Shown: positions 1 to 11,301 of the stretch, piece by piece | Position numbering within the stretch: the first letter of the stretch is position 1 | How the letters are laid out: every line of letters begins with the position of its first letter | DNA from: Pseudogymnoascus verrucosus | Lineage: Eukaryota | Length of the DNA: 64,000 bases | Assembly (NCBI GenBank): GCA_001662655.1 | Contig: KV460227.1 | Reading direction: 5' to 3' (one strand) | Made by a program: the position numbers and the translations under genes | The notes under the pieces: generated by a model | Told to the model about the DNA's origin: nothing | The model's database searches: none | What the model saw: only the letters and a program-made list of their open reading frames with translations

Positions 1-258
1 CAAAGAAAAGGGCAAAAATATAGCTCGATATCTAAAAATGCAAAAGACCCATCAGATCTCGTCGTTTTGAGATCCGATGGTAGAAAATCACTTGATTTTA
101 CTTTTTTTTGTTGATTGGTGGGAGTCGAATTGGTGACCTTTTTTATTCATTCCAAGCCCTGGCCAGATTGTCCAGACAGTGGTACTTCCACTGCGCCACT
201 GTGCCGCTTGATTTAAAGGCGACTTGAGTTGCATTATAAGGGTTGGGTTGTTTCGCTT

Positions 259-291
259 GGTGTTGTGGTGTTGTGGTGTTGTGGTGTTGTG
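259..291. repeat. (GGTGTTGT)n 8-bp tandem repeat, ~4 copies
   Basis: Directly visible ggtgttgt ggtgttgt ggtgttgt ggtgttgt upstream of the first gene. Confidence 0.85.
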
Positions 292-681
292 GGATTGTTG
301 TTGGGAAAGGGGGGAAATAGGTGGGAATTCCCCCCTATCCCCCCAACTATCCCCAACTCTCCCATATAAGCGCGACAGATAGTAAATACAGGCGCTTAAC
401 GTTTTCACCCACCTCCTTTTCGGTTGAGGGCTACAGGGCTAGCCTATTTATTTACCGCACACTTCCAGACGCGCCTCTTCTTCTTTTCATCCTCCACATC
501 ACAACTTCACAACTTCCACCTTCGTCTTTCGTTACAACACAACAACAACTTTCATTTCGTCCGTCGTTACAACTTCACTCTACACTATCGTTTCATCACC
601 CTTTCATTTGTTTCCAATCAATTCAAACTTCAACCACACTCGTTATTTGATCTCATCAATTCAATCTTCCAATCCATCAAG

Positions 682-1728
682 ATGAAGATCATCCAGGCCA
701 TCCTTTCCGCCTTCTGGCTTCTGACTCTCGTCCATGGCGTATTCGGAGTTGGAGTCGGTGGATTTCTCAACCTCGGCGGCGCTGGAGGTGGCGGCGGTAG
801 TGATAAAGCTGCCGTTGGTCATGAGGTTCTTCCTTGGTTCACCATCACCCCTCCCTCTCCTCCAACGATCACCCCTTTCCCTCCTGACTTTGGTGGAACC
901 AACAACATCTACAAGACCACTCCTGATGTTCCATCAACCCCGACTGAGACTGAAGCTTCCGCCACTCCTGTCGACACTGCTGTCAGCACCGAGGTCACCG
1001 CTAACACTGCTGCCATCACTGGGCCCAGCGAGTATCCAACTGCTGCCATCACCGAGGTCGTCAACACTCCAATTGCCAGCGAGGTCGTTAACACTCCAGT
1101 TGCCAGCGAGACTGTCGATATCTGGGTCATCACCACCGTTTCTGCCTACGTCACGATCTGCCCCAGCCCAACCACCTTCACTCAGGGAGTCCAGACCTAC
1201 ACCATCACCGAGGCCACGACGCTGACCATCTCCAGTAAGTACACCCCCTCCCCAACCCATCCGATCTAGACTAACCCTCCTCCAGACTGCCCATGCACCA
1301 TCAGCTACCCCGCTCCGCCAACCGTTGCCACCAACCCTCCATCCGTCGAATCTGTCCCTGTCCAGCCCATTGGAACTGCTCCCGTCCAACCCGTTGGAAC
1401 CGGTGTAACCCCCGGTGGCAACCCAATCATCAACACCAACAACACCGTCACCCCAGTCGTCAATCCCCCAGCTGTCTCCTCCAACTCCACGCGCACGACC
1501 TTCATCGCCGTCACCGCACCTCCACCACACGCCACCCAGCCACTCATCACCCTCGGTGGTAGCACGCCTGTCATTCCCACCCCCGTCGCTGAGACTCCCG
1601 TCCCAGTGCCCAACACCCCGGTGGTCCCTGTGCTGCCTACCCCGACTCCTGCTACTGGAGGCGCGGGTCGCGTTTTCATCGGCCTTGGGGCTGCGTTTCT
1701 CAGTGGTATCGTCGCTGTCTTCCTCTGA
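682..1728 (+). CDS. Secreted Thr/Pro-rich GPI-anchored cell-wall protein (CCG-6/SED1-like motif); exons 682-1234, 1286-1728
   Basis: Signal peptide MKIIQAILSAFWLLTLVHG. Intron GTAAGT..CTAAC..CAG (1235-1285) restores [34 protein letters not shown]. C-terminal GPI-type tail TGGAGRVFIGLGAAFLSGIVAVFL*. Internal 27-nt repeat (EVVNTPIAS/EVVNTPVAS). Confidence 0.85.
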
Positions 1729-2299
1729 GCGGCCGACGTGCACCGCCCCTGCGCACATGTTTCATCTGTGTGTGGCTGGTGTGTTTACTAGCCTCGTTGC
1801 TGTGGAAAAGATAGGATTTGAGCTTACGAATAATGGATATTTTTAATGGGATATGAGGATAATGGATGCAGTTTGTTTTTGTGCTCTACTGGACCTGATC
1901 TTGATGCTTTTTGTTCGGATTCGCTCGATTACTATGGACATGCTGATGATGAGAGATCTGTTATGAATGGGCTCAGATAGGCTATGGTAACTACTTCAAT
2001 GCAAACTACTGTCATTGAATTTGTTCGTATCATGCATGTTTTGTGAATTTAAGTGACGGAGTATGAGGTGAAGTGAATTTGATGTGATGAATTCATACTT
2101 GTGTTTCCCAAATGTAGTCCCAGGGCCTGCGCGTAAATTACACCTTGCACTGCCACCCACAGCACGACACAACGGCTCCGCTCAAACAGCGTCACGACCA
2201 ACATCGAGGTTAAAGTCGGTCTGGGATTAACAAGGGGGGAAGTATCAAAGCACACGAGAGATTCATTTAACAGATGCTCTTGTACTATGTATAGTTGAC

Positions 2300-3769
2300 T
2301 TACAAAGTACGATTAAAGAACAAATTCTTCGTATGGTCATTTGCGTACATCGGCACAAAATCCGACGCAAGATACCAAGTAGGTTTCTGCATAGCATCGG
2401 CAATAACCTTCCCATTAACAACCAGATTCTCAAACGTCACTCCATCAATACTCTTCTCCTCACTATACCCTTCAAAAATCGACGGATTGGCATTCGTGCC
2501 CTCATAGGTTAGATTTCTAATCGTCACATTCCGTATCCCTCTCCCAGGCGAAGTGTTGTATTTCGAGTTAAACATAACTCGTATATTGATCAATTGACCC
2601 TCGCGGAAATCTTCTACCCGGACATCCTCGATGAGAACATTTTGGACCAGATTGCTGTCGCCGGGGTTGATGGCTATGCAGCCTTGATATAGCATCTGCG
2701 GTTCACGATGGTCGAGGATATCAATGTTCTTGATGACTATCCCATCCATAGTCTCAGGAGAATCAGTGTTCCCATGCGTCCCGATGTTGATCGGATGCGC
2801 GACATCAGCCCAGAGCGAGGAATTCTGCAAAGTGATGTTTGAGGAGTTGCCGTAGTAGTCCCAGCGGTGATTGTATATAGCGACGCAATCGTCCGAGTTC
2901 CGCATGAAGATATTGTCAACCAAGGTGTCGGAGCAAGAGAAGAGATCAATACCGTCGCCGTTTCCTTTTGAGCTAAAAGCGTGGAAATCCTCGATCGTGA
3001 GTTGATTTGCCTGGCCTGCTGTCACAGCGTACCCGTTGGGATTCAGCACCGTAACTCCAGAGATAAGAATTCTTTCTGAGTAAGCAACTGTGATGGCGCC
3101 GCCGGGAGTATTGTAGAGTATTCCTCGACCACGGAGAGTTGCGTCATGAACGTTAGTAAAGTTGACGCCGGAGGTGAGAACACCACCACCGGCGATGTAA
3201 ACCGTTTTCCCGCTAGGCACTTGAAGCACACCCCCAGAGACACTGTGCATGCCTGGACCAAAATAAATGACATCCGTATCGTTGGCTGCGGGAACATTGG
3301 TCTCGATACTGCCAGCGAACAACTGTAAGCAGTCGAAAATCTCGTCGTTGACTTGGATTACGAGATTTCGGGGTTGGACGAGGCTGAATTTCAAGGTATT
3401 GCCTCTCACTTTGGGGATAATTCCATACGAGTTGGGACGTATATCCGCTGAGTGGACAGCAGATGGGTTGTATGTGACTTCCACATCGACTGTGCCACTG
3501 AAATCGAAGTAGGCCATCGAAGATTCTTGTATTTGGCCACTCCCACTCGTAGTGTTGATGAGAGAAAGTTTCGCTAAATAGATATCAAGTGGTACCCATT
3601 CGGTCTTTGGTGATCGCACCATGACGGAGAATGAACCTTTGGTAGGCATCTCCGTTGGTCTGGGGTATACTTTGAGTTGGGCATTGTGTGGATGTGCTGT
3701 TGCGAGACTTTGAGCCAAGGTAATAGTGGCAAGCACAATAATGCTAGTGATGGAGTTAATGGAAACCAT
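2300..3769 (-). CDS. Secreted pectin-lyase-fold (beta-helix) glycoside hydrolase, GH28-like; intronless
   Basis: Signal peptide MVSINSITSIIVLATITLAQSLATA; YFGPG motif; GH28-like NGDG, SDD and AHP motifs; repeated beta-helix rungs (NITLQN, NVLIED, NVTIRN, GVTFEN). Confidence 0.8.
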   Translation of the reverse strand: MVSINSITSIIVLATITLAQSLATAHPHNAQLKVYPRPTEMPTKGSFSVMVRSPKTEWVPLDIYLAKLSLINTTSGSGQIQESSMAYFDFSGTVDVEVTYNPSAVHSADIRPNSYGIIPKVRGNTLKFSLVQPRNLVIQVNDEIFDCLQLFAGSIETNVPAANDTDVIYFGPGMHSVSGGVLQVPSGKTVYIAGGGVLTSGVNFTNVHDATLRGRGILYNTPGGAITVAYSERILISGVTVLNPNGYAVTAGQANQLTIEDFHAFSSKGNGDGIDLFSCSDTLVDNIFMRNSDDCVAIYNHRWDYYGNSSNITLQNSSLWADVAHPINIGTHGNTDSPETMDGIVIKNIDILDHREPQMLYQGCIAINPGDSNLVQNVLIEDVRVEDFREGQLINIRVMFNSKYNTSPGRGIRNVTIRNLTYEGTNANPSIFEGYSEEKSIDGVTFENLVVNGKVIADAMQKPTWYLASDFVPMYANDHTKNLFFNRTL

Positions 3770-4024
3770 TTGGGATAATGAACGATGCAAAGTGCAAGAA
3801 GGTGCAGCGTATTATTAATGCGAGGTTGGAATAAACATAAGCCTTTTAAGCATTAACGAGCTGTATGTTTGAGAGCTTGCCGAAGAGAGTCCTCGGCATT
3901 GTGAACTTCAAAGAAGCCCCACTAGGACTTCTCAGCGAAAAATATGTCCCCTACTGTCCCGGACATAGCAACAACTCCCGGCCAGCGGAGGAATGCAGAT
4001 ATGGCGTCCGAGATATTCAGTTTG

Positions 4025-4225
4025 CTGGAGAAATCTAATCAGCCCTGCGGGTTGGGGCGTTGGTGTGGAGAAAGCTGGAGACGATGTGGCTAGGGACTCG
4101 AACCGGCGCATATAGCGGCATGCTCTCCGCTTCTCCACAACCCCCGCAAAAACCCGCCAAACCCCCGCAAACCCAGCGACCAGTTCCTCAATAATTGCAA
4201 ACTATTTCAGGTTCTAGATCTGGGG
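4025..4225. promoter_or_regulatory. Cluster of SYGGRG (CreA/Cre1-type) motifs upstream of the GH28-like gene
   Basis: CTGGAG 4025 and 4075, GTGGAG 4065, CCCCGC (=GCGGGG) 4142 and 4163, CTGGGG 4220; short motif, so function is inferred. Confidence 0.4.
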
Positions 4226-4321
4226 GGAATAGAGATTGACTCGAAGGCTGGTCACCAACTAACATAGGCATTTGTTCATTCTAAATATTGACTGTAGGAT
4301 TTATCTGAGATAACTAAACAC

Positions 4322-6204
4322 TTAATTCCATATATCATGATCCGGAATATTCTCCTCGAAATAGACCTCATTGACCTCTTTAAACCCAACTGATGGGGCG
4401 TCAAATGGCCACGGATTCCCATTCCCACTTGCAAACAAAGCAAAACTAGCCCCTTCAAAAACAAAAAAATCTTTCGGTGCAAATGCAAGCCAGGAAGAAG
4501 CTATGTCTGCCATCCAAACAACGGAATTCCCACCAAATTGAAAGCCCAATGAGTATTTCAACGGTGTAGCGCGAATGGTGAGAGTGACACCCGTTGGTAT
4601 AACTGTACTATTTAAGGGGATCTGACTAGTCTGTATACCATGATCAGCAATTTCTACGATTGGGTAAAAGGGTTGGCTTCTTACTGTGGAAGTCCCGTTC
4701 ATTAGTAAGGTACTATAAAAGCACATTCCTGTTTGGTTCAAACAGCCTCGTACCCCTATATCTTGATGTTGAAACTCGCTGAGATAAACAGAAATACCAA
4801 TAGATTGCAGATAACCTAAAGGTTTGATAGTCGGAAGTAACGAGGCTGAGAATGTCATATTCAATGACTTCTGCTTGCGCAGAATTGCTGTAGGTGTATC
4901 TCGTTCACTTAATGAGAAAACATTGGGAGTGAATATTATACCGCCGTTGCCGTGAGTGCCGGTTCTGTAATTTTTGGTATATGGAGTGCGTAATTGGTAC
5001 CAGCTTGAGTCAATGACATTCGACAGAAATGTGTCCCGGAAAGCAGCTGGGGGATATTTCTGATCAGGCGTCGTACCAAAGCTCTCACTAAGAAGAATTG
5101 GTTTGTTTTTATTCAAAATCGGCCAGCCATCATTCCACTCTATAGTCGTCATGAATGTCTCTCGCCCTAGATATAATCAGCCAGGTCGTCTTTACACATA
5201 GTCATGTACTTACCAAGAGGGGAGGTCCCATTAATCTTTCGTCGGGCGATAAATGTTGCATACCAATCACCGCGAGGAGTTTCTACAAAGGTTGCATGTC
5301 CCGTCGACTGAACAGTAAGGTTGTCAAATCCATAAGCACCATTAAAAAGGATGGGATTGTTTGGCGCTGGAGTCCACGGCCCCTTTGGTGAATTCGATCT
5401 TGCGATCGTAGATCTGTGGAGGTCGTCGGTGCCACCCTCTGCAATGAGTAAATAGTAGTACCCATCTTTAAAAAACATCTTAGGCCCTTCATCTCTTGCC
5501 GCGGCGTTGTGAGGGAGGGTTCCGTTCCATAAGCTAATGTATTCTCCAACGCAGTTCCCAGTCGTTAAGCTGACCTCACATTGATAAATACCCCACAGAC
5601 GATCGATATTGTTATTAGGGGCCATAAGGTTCAAGTATGTCTTCCCTGAATTTGGATCATGGAAGAGGCTTGGATCGATGCCCCAAGGCTCACACCAAGT
5701 TGGCTTTGACCAGTTAATCAAATCTTTTGATGAGATGAAATAAACTCGAGGCCACACTCTTGCAGTTGGATCGTATGTCCATCGTGTCATCGACGTGAGA
5801 TAAAATCGGCCATTAATGTAGCTAAGGTCAGGCGCCCATACACCTGTTACCCTGTAAGCCTTAGGTCACCAAACGTTTTGTGGGAGGTTTACCAGCTCCT
5901 GTTGGAACACCGTAGAGCTGAACATCGTCGGGAGTTGTCAAGGCGTGGGAGTATAGCTCCCAGTTTGCTAAGTCTTTGGATTTGTATATTGGAACACCAG
6001 GAAAATACTCAAATGAAGATGTTGCAATAAAATACTCGTCACGAACACGAAGAATGCTGGGATCGGGATTCCAACTGGTTTAGGGTCAGCATTTGTTTTC
6101 TTTGTCTAGGGGAGAGCGGGAGAGCCAAACCCGGAAATTATAGGATTTTTTATTGCAGCTATGCACGATAAAAGAGCAACAACTATTACAGAAAGCCACT
6201 TCAT
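4322..6204 (-). CDS. Secreted GH43 beta-xylosidase/alpha-L-arabinofuranosidase with C-terminal beta-sandwich; introns 6075-6130, 5844-5892, 5167-5213, probably 4631-4684
   Basis: Spliced MKWLSVIVVALLSCIAAIKNPIISGWNPDPSI..ATSSFEYFPGVPIYKSKDL..GVWAPD..GIDPSLF..EGPKMF..AEGGT..STGHA..LGRETF; these are canonical GH43 motifs. Confidence 0.92.
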
Positions 6205-7590
6205 TGTAAAACTTGATCTCTCTTAGTAATGAAATAAAGAGGGCTTTTAAATTAGTAACCCAAAATTGAGATGCTTCATATTTGATACATCATCACTAGA
6301 TATTACATGGGAGATAGGAAAGGGTAAGGTATTTACGACCGCCGTTTCTTTGGTCCGGTACATCCTCCGTTGCCTTCAATAGCGAACCTTAAAACGAAAA
6401 ATAATGCAAGCAGGCAGCTCGCGGTACGCATAATTTCTACCACAGAGGTTGGTTAGTGGCAGCCGTTTGCTAGAAGATCGAACTAGGACACTTTGTCAGC
6501 TGCTCTAGGATTTCAACACTAAATATCGAACGGGCTTCGGAGCAATTGTCGCTAGTGAGGCCGCGCGGAGAGTTTACAGCCGATTGTTGCCCCCTGAGCA
6601 AGGACCCCTGAATCTGCTTCCATTACCCCGCATCCCCGCCGCCCCAGTTTTCGTTTGGTACACAGTACATAAGGATAGCTGAGTGGAATACCTTGAAAGC
6701 CAATTCTCACGTCTTCAACGCCTACGTCTCGAGCCCACAAGCCATTATTTATCGTAGATATGATGGAACACATGCCGAAAACTACTCAAAGTACTCTTAT
6801 TTTCGGCCCAACTACTTGTCAGCTACATTCTTCCCATCGAATATTTGAAGGATAAAATGCTATGAAACGCAGAAAAATTAAATCCTATATTACGCACTTC
6901 CCCAAATCCCCGACGACATTCCAGAATTCTGCTTATCTTGTTCCTTATTAGTAGTAGAAACTCTGGCCTAGATCTATAAACATTCCCGCGAAGTAGATAT
7001 TTCCAATAACCACATTCATGCTTGAAATATTGTACAACAGGCGAATGGGGGTGAAATGCTCAATTGGTCGAGATCCGAGATATTCCTACCAAATCGTGAC
7101 AGAGCTCCATTGGGCACAATACTCTAGGTATGCCACACCTAATATATCGTATTACTTGAGGCTTTTATGTCTATTGTTGGAGCTGATTCGTATACCAAGC
7201 CAGTCGTGACCAATGGGATGAGCCTGGGAAAACGCCCGAATCCAGGCCTTTTCTTGGCAAATTCCAGATCATCCCCAGAATCTCCACCATCTATTCCTCT
7301 GCCTCCTCTATTAAATTCTTCCTTACGCAAGAAACCTATGTGCATCTTATCGTTGATGAAGCAGCGTTTCAGTAAGGTACAAGCTAGGAATTAATTGCAA
7401 TTAGGTCAGCTTCAGTGGAGACTATATCATAGTGCGGGACAAACAGGTTTAGCGCCCAGTTCCCCGCGCCGATCGAAGTAAATCCTCACTCGCAGCTCTA
7501 GTGCTCTACCTAACTGGACCAGGCTAAAAGGGCACGTCGGCGCCGCCTCATAACCGTTCCGTTTTCCACATGTCCGGCTTTGCTGACCTA

Positions 7591-7695
7591 CCTCGGCACG
7601 AACCCGTAAAAAAGCAGTAAGGACGGAATGCAGCTGAATGCCAGATGCTCGTCATTTTCATACCCTTGCCAAAATGACAACTTTCCTTTATAAAG
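7591..7695 (+). promoter_or_regulatory. CCTCGG (FarA/Ctf1-type core) and TATA box upstream of the CYP52-like gene
   Basis: CCTCGG at 7591-7596; TTTATAAAG at ~7687; single hexamer, weak. Confidence 0.3.
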
Positions 7696-7779
7696 TTCGC
7701 GGCTGCCTGTCAAAAGTTACACTGCCTACGACGACGTGGTGCAGCCATACTTATTGAACATCACGATTTGAAAGTTAGC

Positions 7780-9415
7780 ATGATGGTCGACTCTTCTTTT
7801 GTGAAGATTGCAGCAGCATGTTTGGCTGTGTTTGTGTTCGTCCACCATGTCATCTCCTTGATACAAAGGCGCCGGTTTGCCAAAGCGCGGGGTTGCAAAC
7901 CACCAACCATGCTCCCACAAACGGAACGCATTATTGGCTATAAAGTCTTCACGACGATGGCAGCTGATATGAAAGCCCGGACGATGCTCCCAACTTCGCT
8001 ACAGCTTCATAGAGAGCTAGGCAACACCTTTTCTTTAGTTCTTCTCAGCCAGCCGGCAATAGTCACTATTGAGCCCGAAAATCTTAAGGCGGTTCTTGCC
8101 ACGCAGTTCCATGACTTTGGTATTGGTAAGAGGCATAGAGGAATGGGGGCATTGTTAGGCCATGGCATTTTCACCTCTGATGGCGCGCATTGGGAACGTT
8201 CACGCGTATGGACCTCTTTGTTATAAAGACTATTTTCTTCAGCTGACGTCTTGGAGGCACTTGTCCGCCCCAGCTTTGCTAGGGTCCATGTAGCTGACCT
8301 TGAAACCTTTGAATCCCACATTCAACATTTGATAGCCAAAATCCCTAGAGACGGATCCACCATCGACTTGCAGCCGCTGTTTTACCAGCTTACCCTCGAT
8401 AGCGCCACCGAGTTTCTCCTGGGCGAGTCTGTCGATGTTCTTCGCAGCCCTACTGGTTCCGAGCAGCAGCTCTTTGGTGAGGCCTTCGACTTTGCCCAAA
8501 CGGAGTTGAATCTTCGTCTAAGACTCGGCCCTTTCGTCTGGTTCTACCGCAACAGAAAATTCGATACTGCTTGTATCCGTGTGCACAACTTCATTGACAA
8601 ATTTGTTGCGAAGGCGCTTGAGTTCCGGCGAGAGAGTCAAGCGAGCGGGAAAACAAATAATGAGGATGAGAAGCAGAAAGGAAAGTATATCTTCATGAAC
8701 GAGCTCGCTCTAGCTACAGATGATCCCATTCAGATCCGTTCTGAGATTCTCAATATCCTGCTTGCTGGTAGAGATACCACTGCCGGTCTACTCAGCAATA
8801 CTTTCCACGTCCTTGCTCGTCGCCCAGACGTCTGGGCCAAGCTGAAGCATGAGGTTGATCAGCTAGAAGGGAAGAGACCAGACTATGAAACCTTGCGTAG
8901 TATGAGATATCTGAAACATGTCCTGAATGAATGTAAGCTGCCGTACCAAACAACACCGAGTCAGCCTAAGATATAACCTAACCTTTCTCTCAGCTCTTCG
9001 TTTATATCCCTCAGTACCTCAGAATATCCGCTTTGCCAACAAAGACACAACCCTACCAGTGGGCGGTGGACCTGATGGGACTGCCCCAATATTCGTGGCT
9101 AAGGGCCAGATTATATCCTACAATATATATTCCATGCATCGGCGGAAGGACATATACGGAGAAGATGCAGATGAGTACAAGCCCGAGCGTTGGGAGAACC
9201 TACGGGTGGGCTGGGGCTATCTACCATTCAACGGCGGGCCTAGAATCTGTGTCGGTCAGCAATTTGCCTTGACGGAAGCAGGATATACGTTGGTGAGGTT
9301 GGTGCAAGAATTTGAGAGAGTTGAGAACAGGGATCCGGAGCCATGGCTGGAGAACTTGCATCTCACATTGGGTTCGGGCAACGGAGTTCATACTTCGTTG
9401 TTCCCTCGATCATAA
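7780..9415 (+). CDS. Cytochrome P450, CYP52 clan (alkane/fatty-acid hydroxylase-like); introns 8206-8256, 8933-8993
   Basis: N-terminal TM anchor; [23 protein letters not shown]-helix AGRDTT; ESLR (ExxR) formed across intron 2; PERW; heme motif [10 protein letters not shown]. Confidence 0.93.
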
Positions 9416-10556
9416 GAGCTATTTACTATTCTAGCCGGTAGATGTAAGATTCTGGATATTAGTTTGATGCAGGAGATTGATTAGGGTTAAATTAATCGTA
9501 CGTCGAATTCAAATGTGCCACAACGCACCTGCTGCAAGCAGTTACGCAATAGATTCGGCTTCTATAGATCTCGCCTGGTGAGATAAGCCGCAGCTATGTT
9601 AGTTTAGCACTAAAGCTTGGCTGTCTTGGCTTAATTACCATATTAAGGGTGCCTTGCTCTTATTTCCATGCAATTCGGCAGTTGTGAGCCATTACTCCCA
9701 AGACTCGAAGTGCAAAGGTGCTACATCAAAGCTATACGAGGCTGAGTTAAGGGTTGAACATAACAGCGTGACTGCATTTACGAGCTCACGTAATCTGGGG
9801 AAGGTGGACAACGAATCAATATAAACGGTCGTCAGTCCGTGCCGTGTAGATTAGCTACCCCATAAGCGCTTAAGCATAACACCCCGAGTAGATCTGGCCG
9901 TTTTAGGTCCCATTCTGTGCGACTGCCGATCGGATCCTGATTCCTGTGAAGCCACACCCGCGCCATGCTCTGCGCCAGCGATGTCAAGCTAAATTAGCGT
10001 CACGATGTCGGGAGGGGCTTTGTTGAGGCTGAGGTAAAGCGTTGTGGGCTAAGATAGTGGGATTTTAAGCTGGGTGATTAAGTGGCTAGAGTGTGAGCGA
10101 GAGAGGTGTGCGGTGTTTGGACGGGAGGGGAAAAGGTTATTTTTGGCCTGTTAATATTTAGGAATGGTTCTAAGTGGAGTGCACGTGTGCTAATTTTGGT
10201 TCTAAGACAGCAATGACCTTGGTTGCTTGTTCTGTTTAGCCCCCAGATGCCGAGGGTGATGTGAGACATCTCGTTTTCGTTGAGACTTGGACTTGGGCTT
10301 TGAGATTTTTGGCAAATCCTCCTCGTATAGAGAACTGTCAGACTTACACAAAGCAAAGACTAATAGGGCAGGTAGTAGCTATGAGGCATATTTGCAGATG
10401 TCGGTAAGAGGAGGCCAGTCGGCGAGAAAAGTATAAAACTCCCAAGCATTCCTCTTTTCTTATTTCTTACCATTAGATTTGCATCAGCTTTTCCAATACA
10501 ATCTAGAACATCAATCACTTATCTACTCAAATTCGCCTTAACAAGCAACCGCAACA

Positions 10557-10998
10557 ATGCAATTCACCAGCATCCTCTTCCTCGCTATCCAGGCTACTGG
10601 CGTCCTCTCAGCTTCCTACGCCGGCAACACAGGCGTCGCTCCCGACCTCTCCAACTCCTCCATGCCACCCCCAGGCACGGCATGGGCTCGCTCATCTGAT
10701 AAATTCGTACGTGAAATCCGGATTTCCTTAGACGTATGTAACTAGGCAAATTACTAACTCCCCCATCTCCCAGAATCCCCTCACCGCCCGCGGTTGCGTC
10801 TCTACCGCTCCGTTCGGATGCGATCTCGGCAAAGGCCGCTGCTGGAAAGTCTGCGGTGATGGCGGACAGTGGTGCTGGACTGCTGGCGGTGATGGATCTG
10901 GAGACTGGAACACTTGCTCTGACTGGGGACAGTGCAACCAGCAGCAGTCATGTGGGAAGAATTGCCACAACGCTGCGGAGTGTGGATGCAGTTGCTAG
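10557..10998 (+). CDS. Small secreted cysteine-rich protein, 124 aa, IDI-2-like; exons 10557-10706, 10774-10998
   Basis: Signal peptide MQFTSILFLAIQATGVLS; intron GTACGT..CTAAC..CAG; exon 2 NPLTARGCVSTAPFGCDLGKGRCWKVCGDGGQWCWTAGGDGSGDWNTCSDWGQCNQQQSCGKNCHNAAECGCSC* (12 Cys); TATAAAA at ~10432. Confidence 0.85.
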
Positions 10999-11301
10999 AT
11001 TATTCAAGAAAGGGGGTTGGTGGGCAGGATGCGTGGTTGGTGCTTGGGGATTATGGCTGAGCAGGTTGTCACTCCTTGTTATTTCAGGCTGATACGGAGA
11101 GGATTTGGTTGTTGCTCTTCACTCTCATTACGCTGCATACTCAAATACAAATACTAAGGGCTTCACTTTTAATTTCCTACTCGTTAGTGAGCAACGCCGA
11201 GATCTAATGTCACTGTGCAACATGTTATTAAAAATTAACCCACGTTTTGGACGGTCACTGTGGCCGCCCATGTGTAACACCTTTCATATTGCTCTTTCAC
11301 A

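Noticed and set aside
4090..4135. tRNA B-box-like GGTTCGAGTCC on the minus strand
   Set aside because: Flanks (GCCGG / CCCTA) do not form a T-stem, and no acceptor stem or cloverleaf is present
4631..4684. In-frame stop-free 54-nt intron in GH43
   Set aside because: Short introns are 3n and stop-free by chance fairly often; not treated as notable
5844..5860. Two AG acceptors 8 nt apart in GH43 intron 2 (possible stwintron or alternative splicing)
   Set aside because: The first AG directly follows the likely GCTTAC branch site, so use of the in-frame second AG is explained simply
9481..9490. TTAGGGTTAA, telomere repeat or telomerase template-like
   Set aside because: Single 10-mer in a 3' flank with no array or supporting telomerase RNA structure; expected by chance
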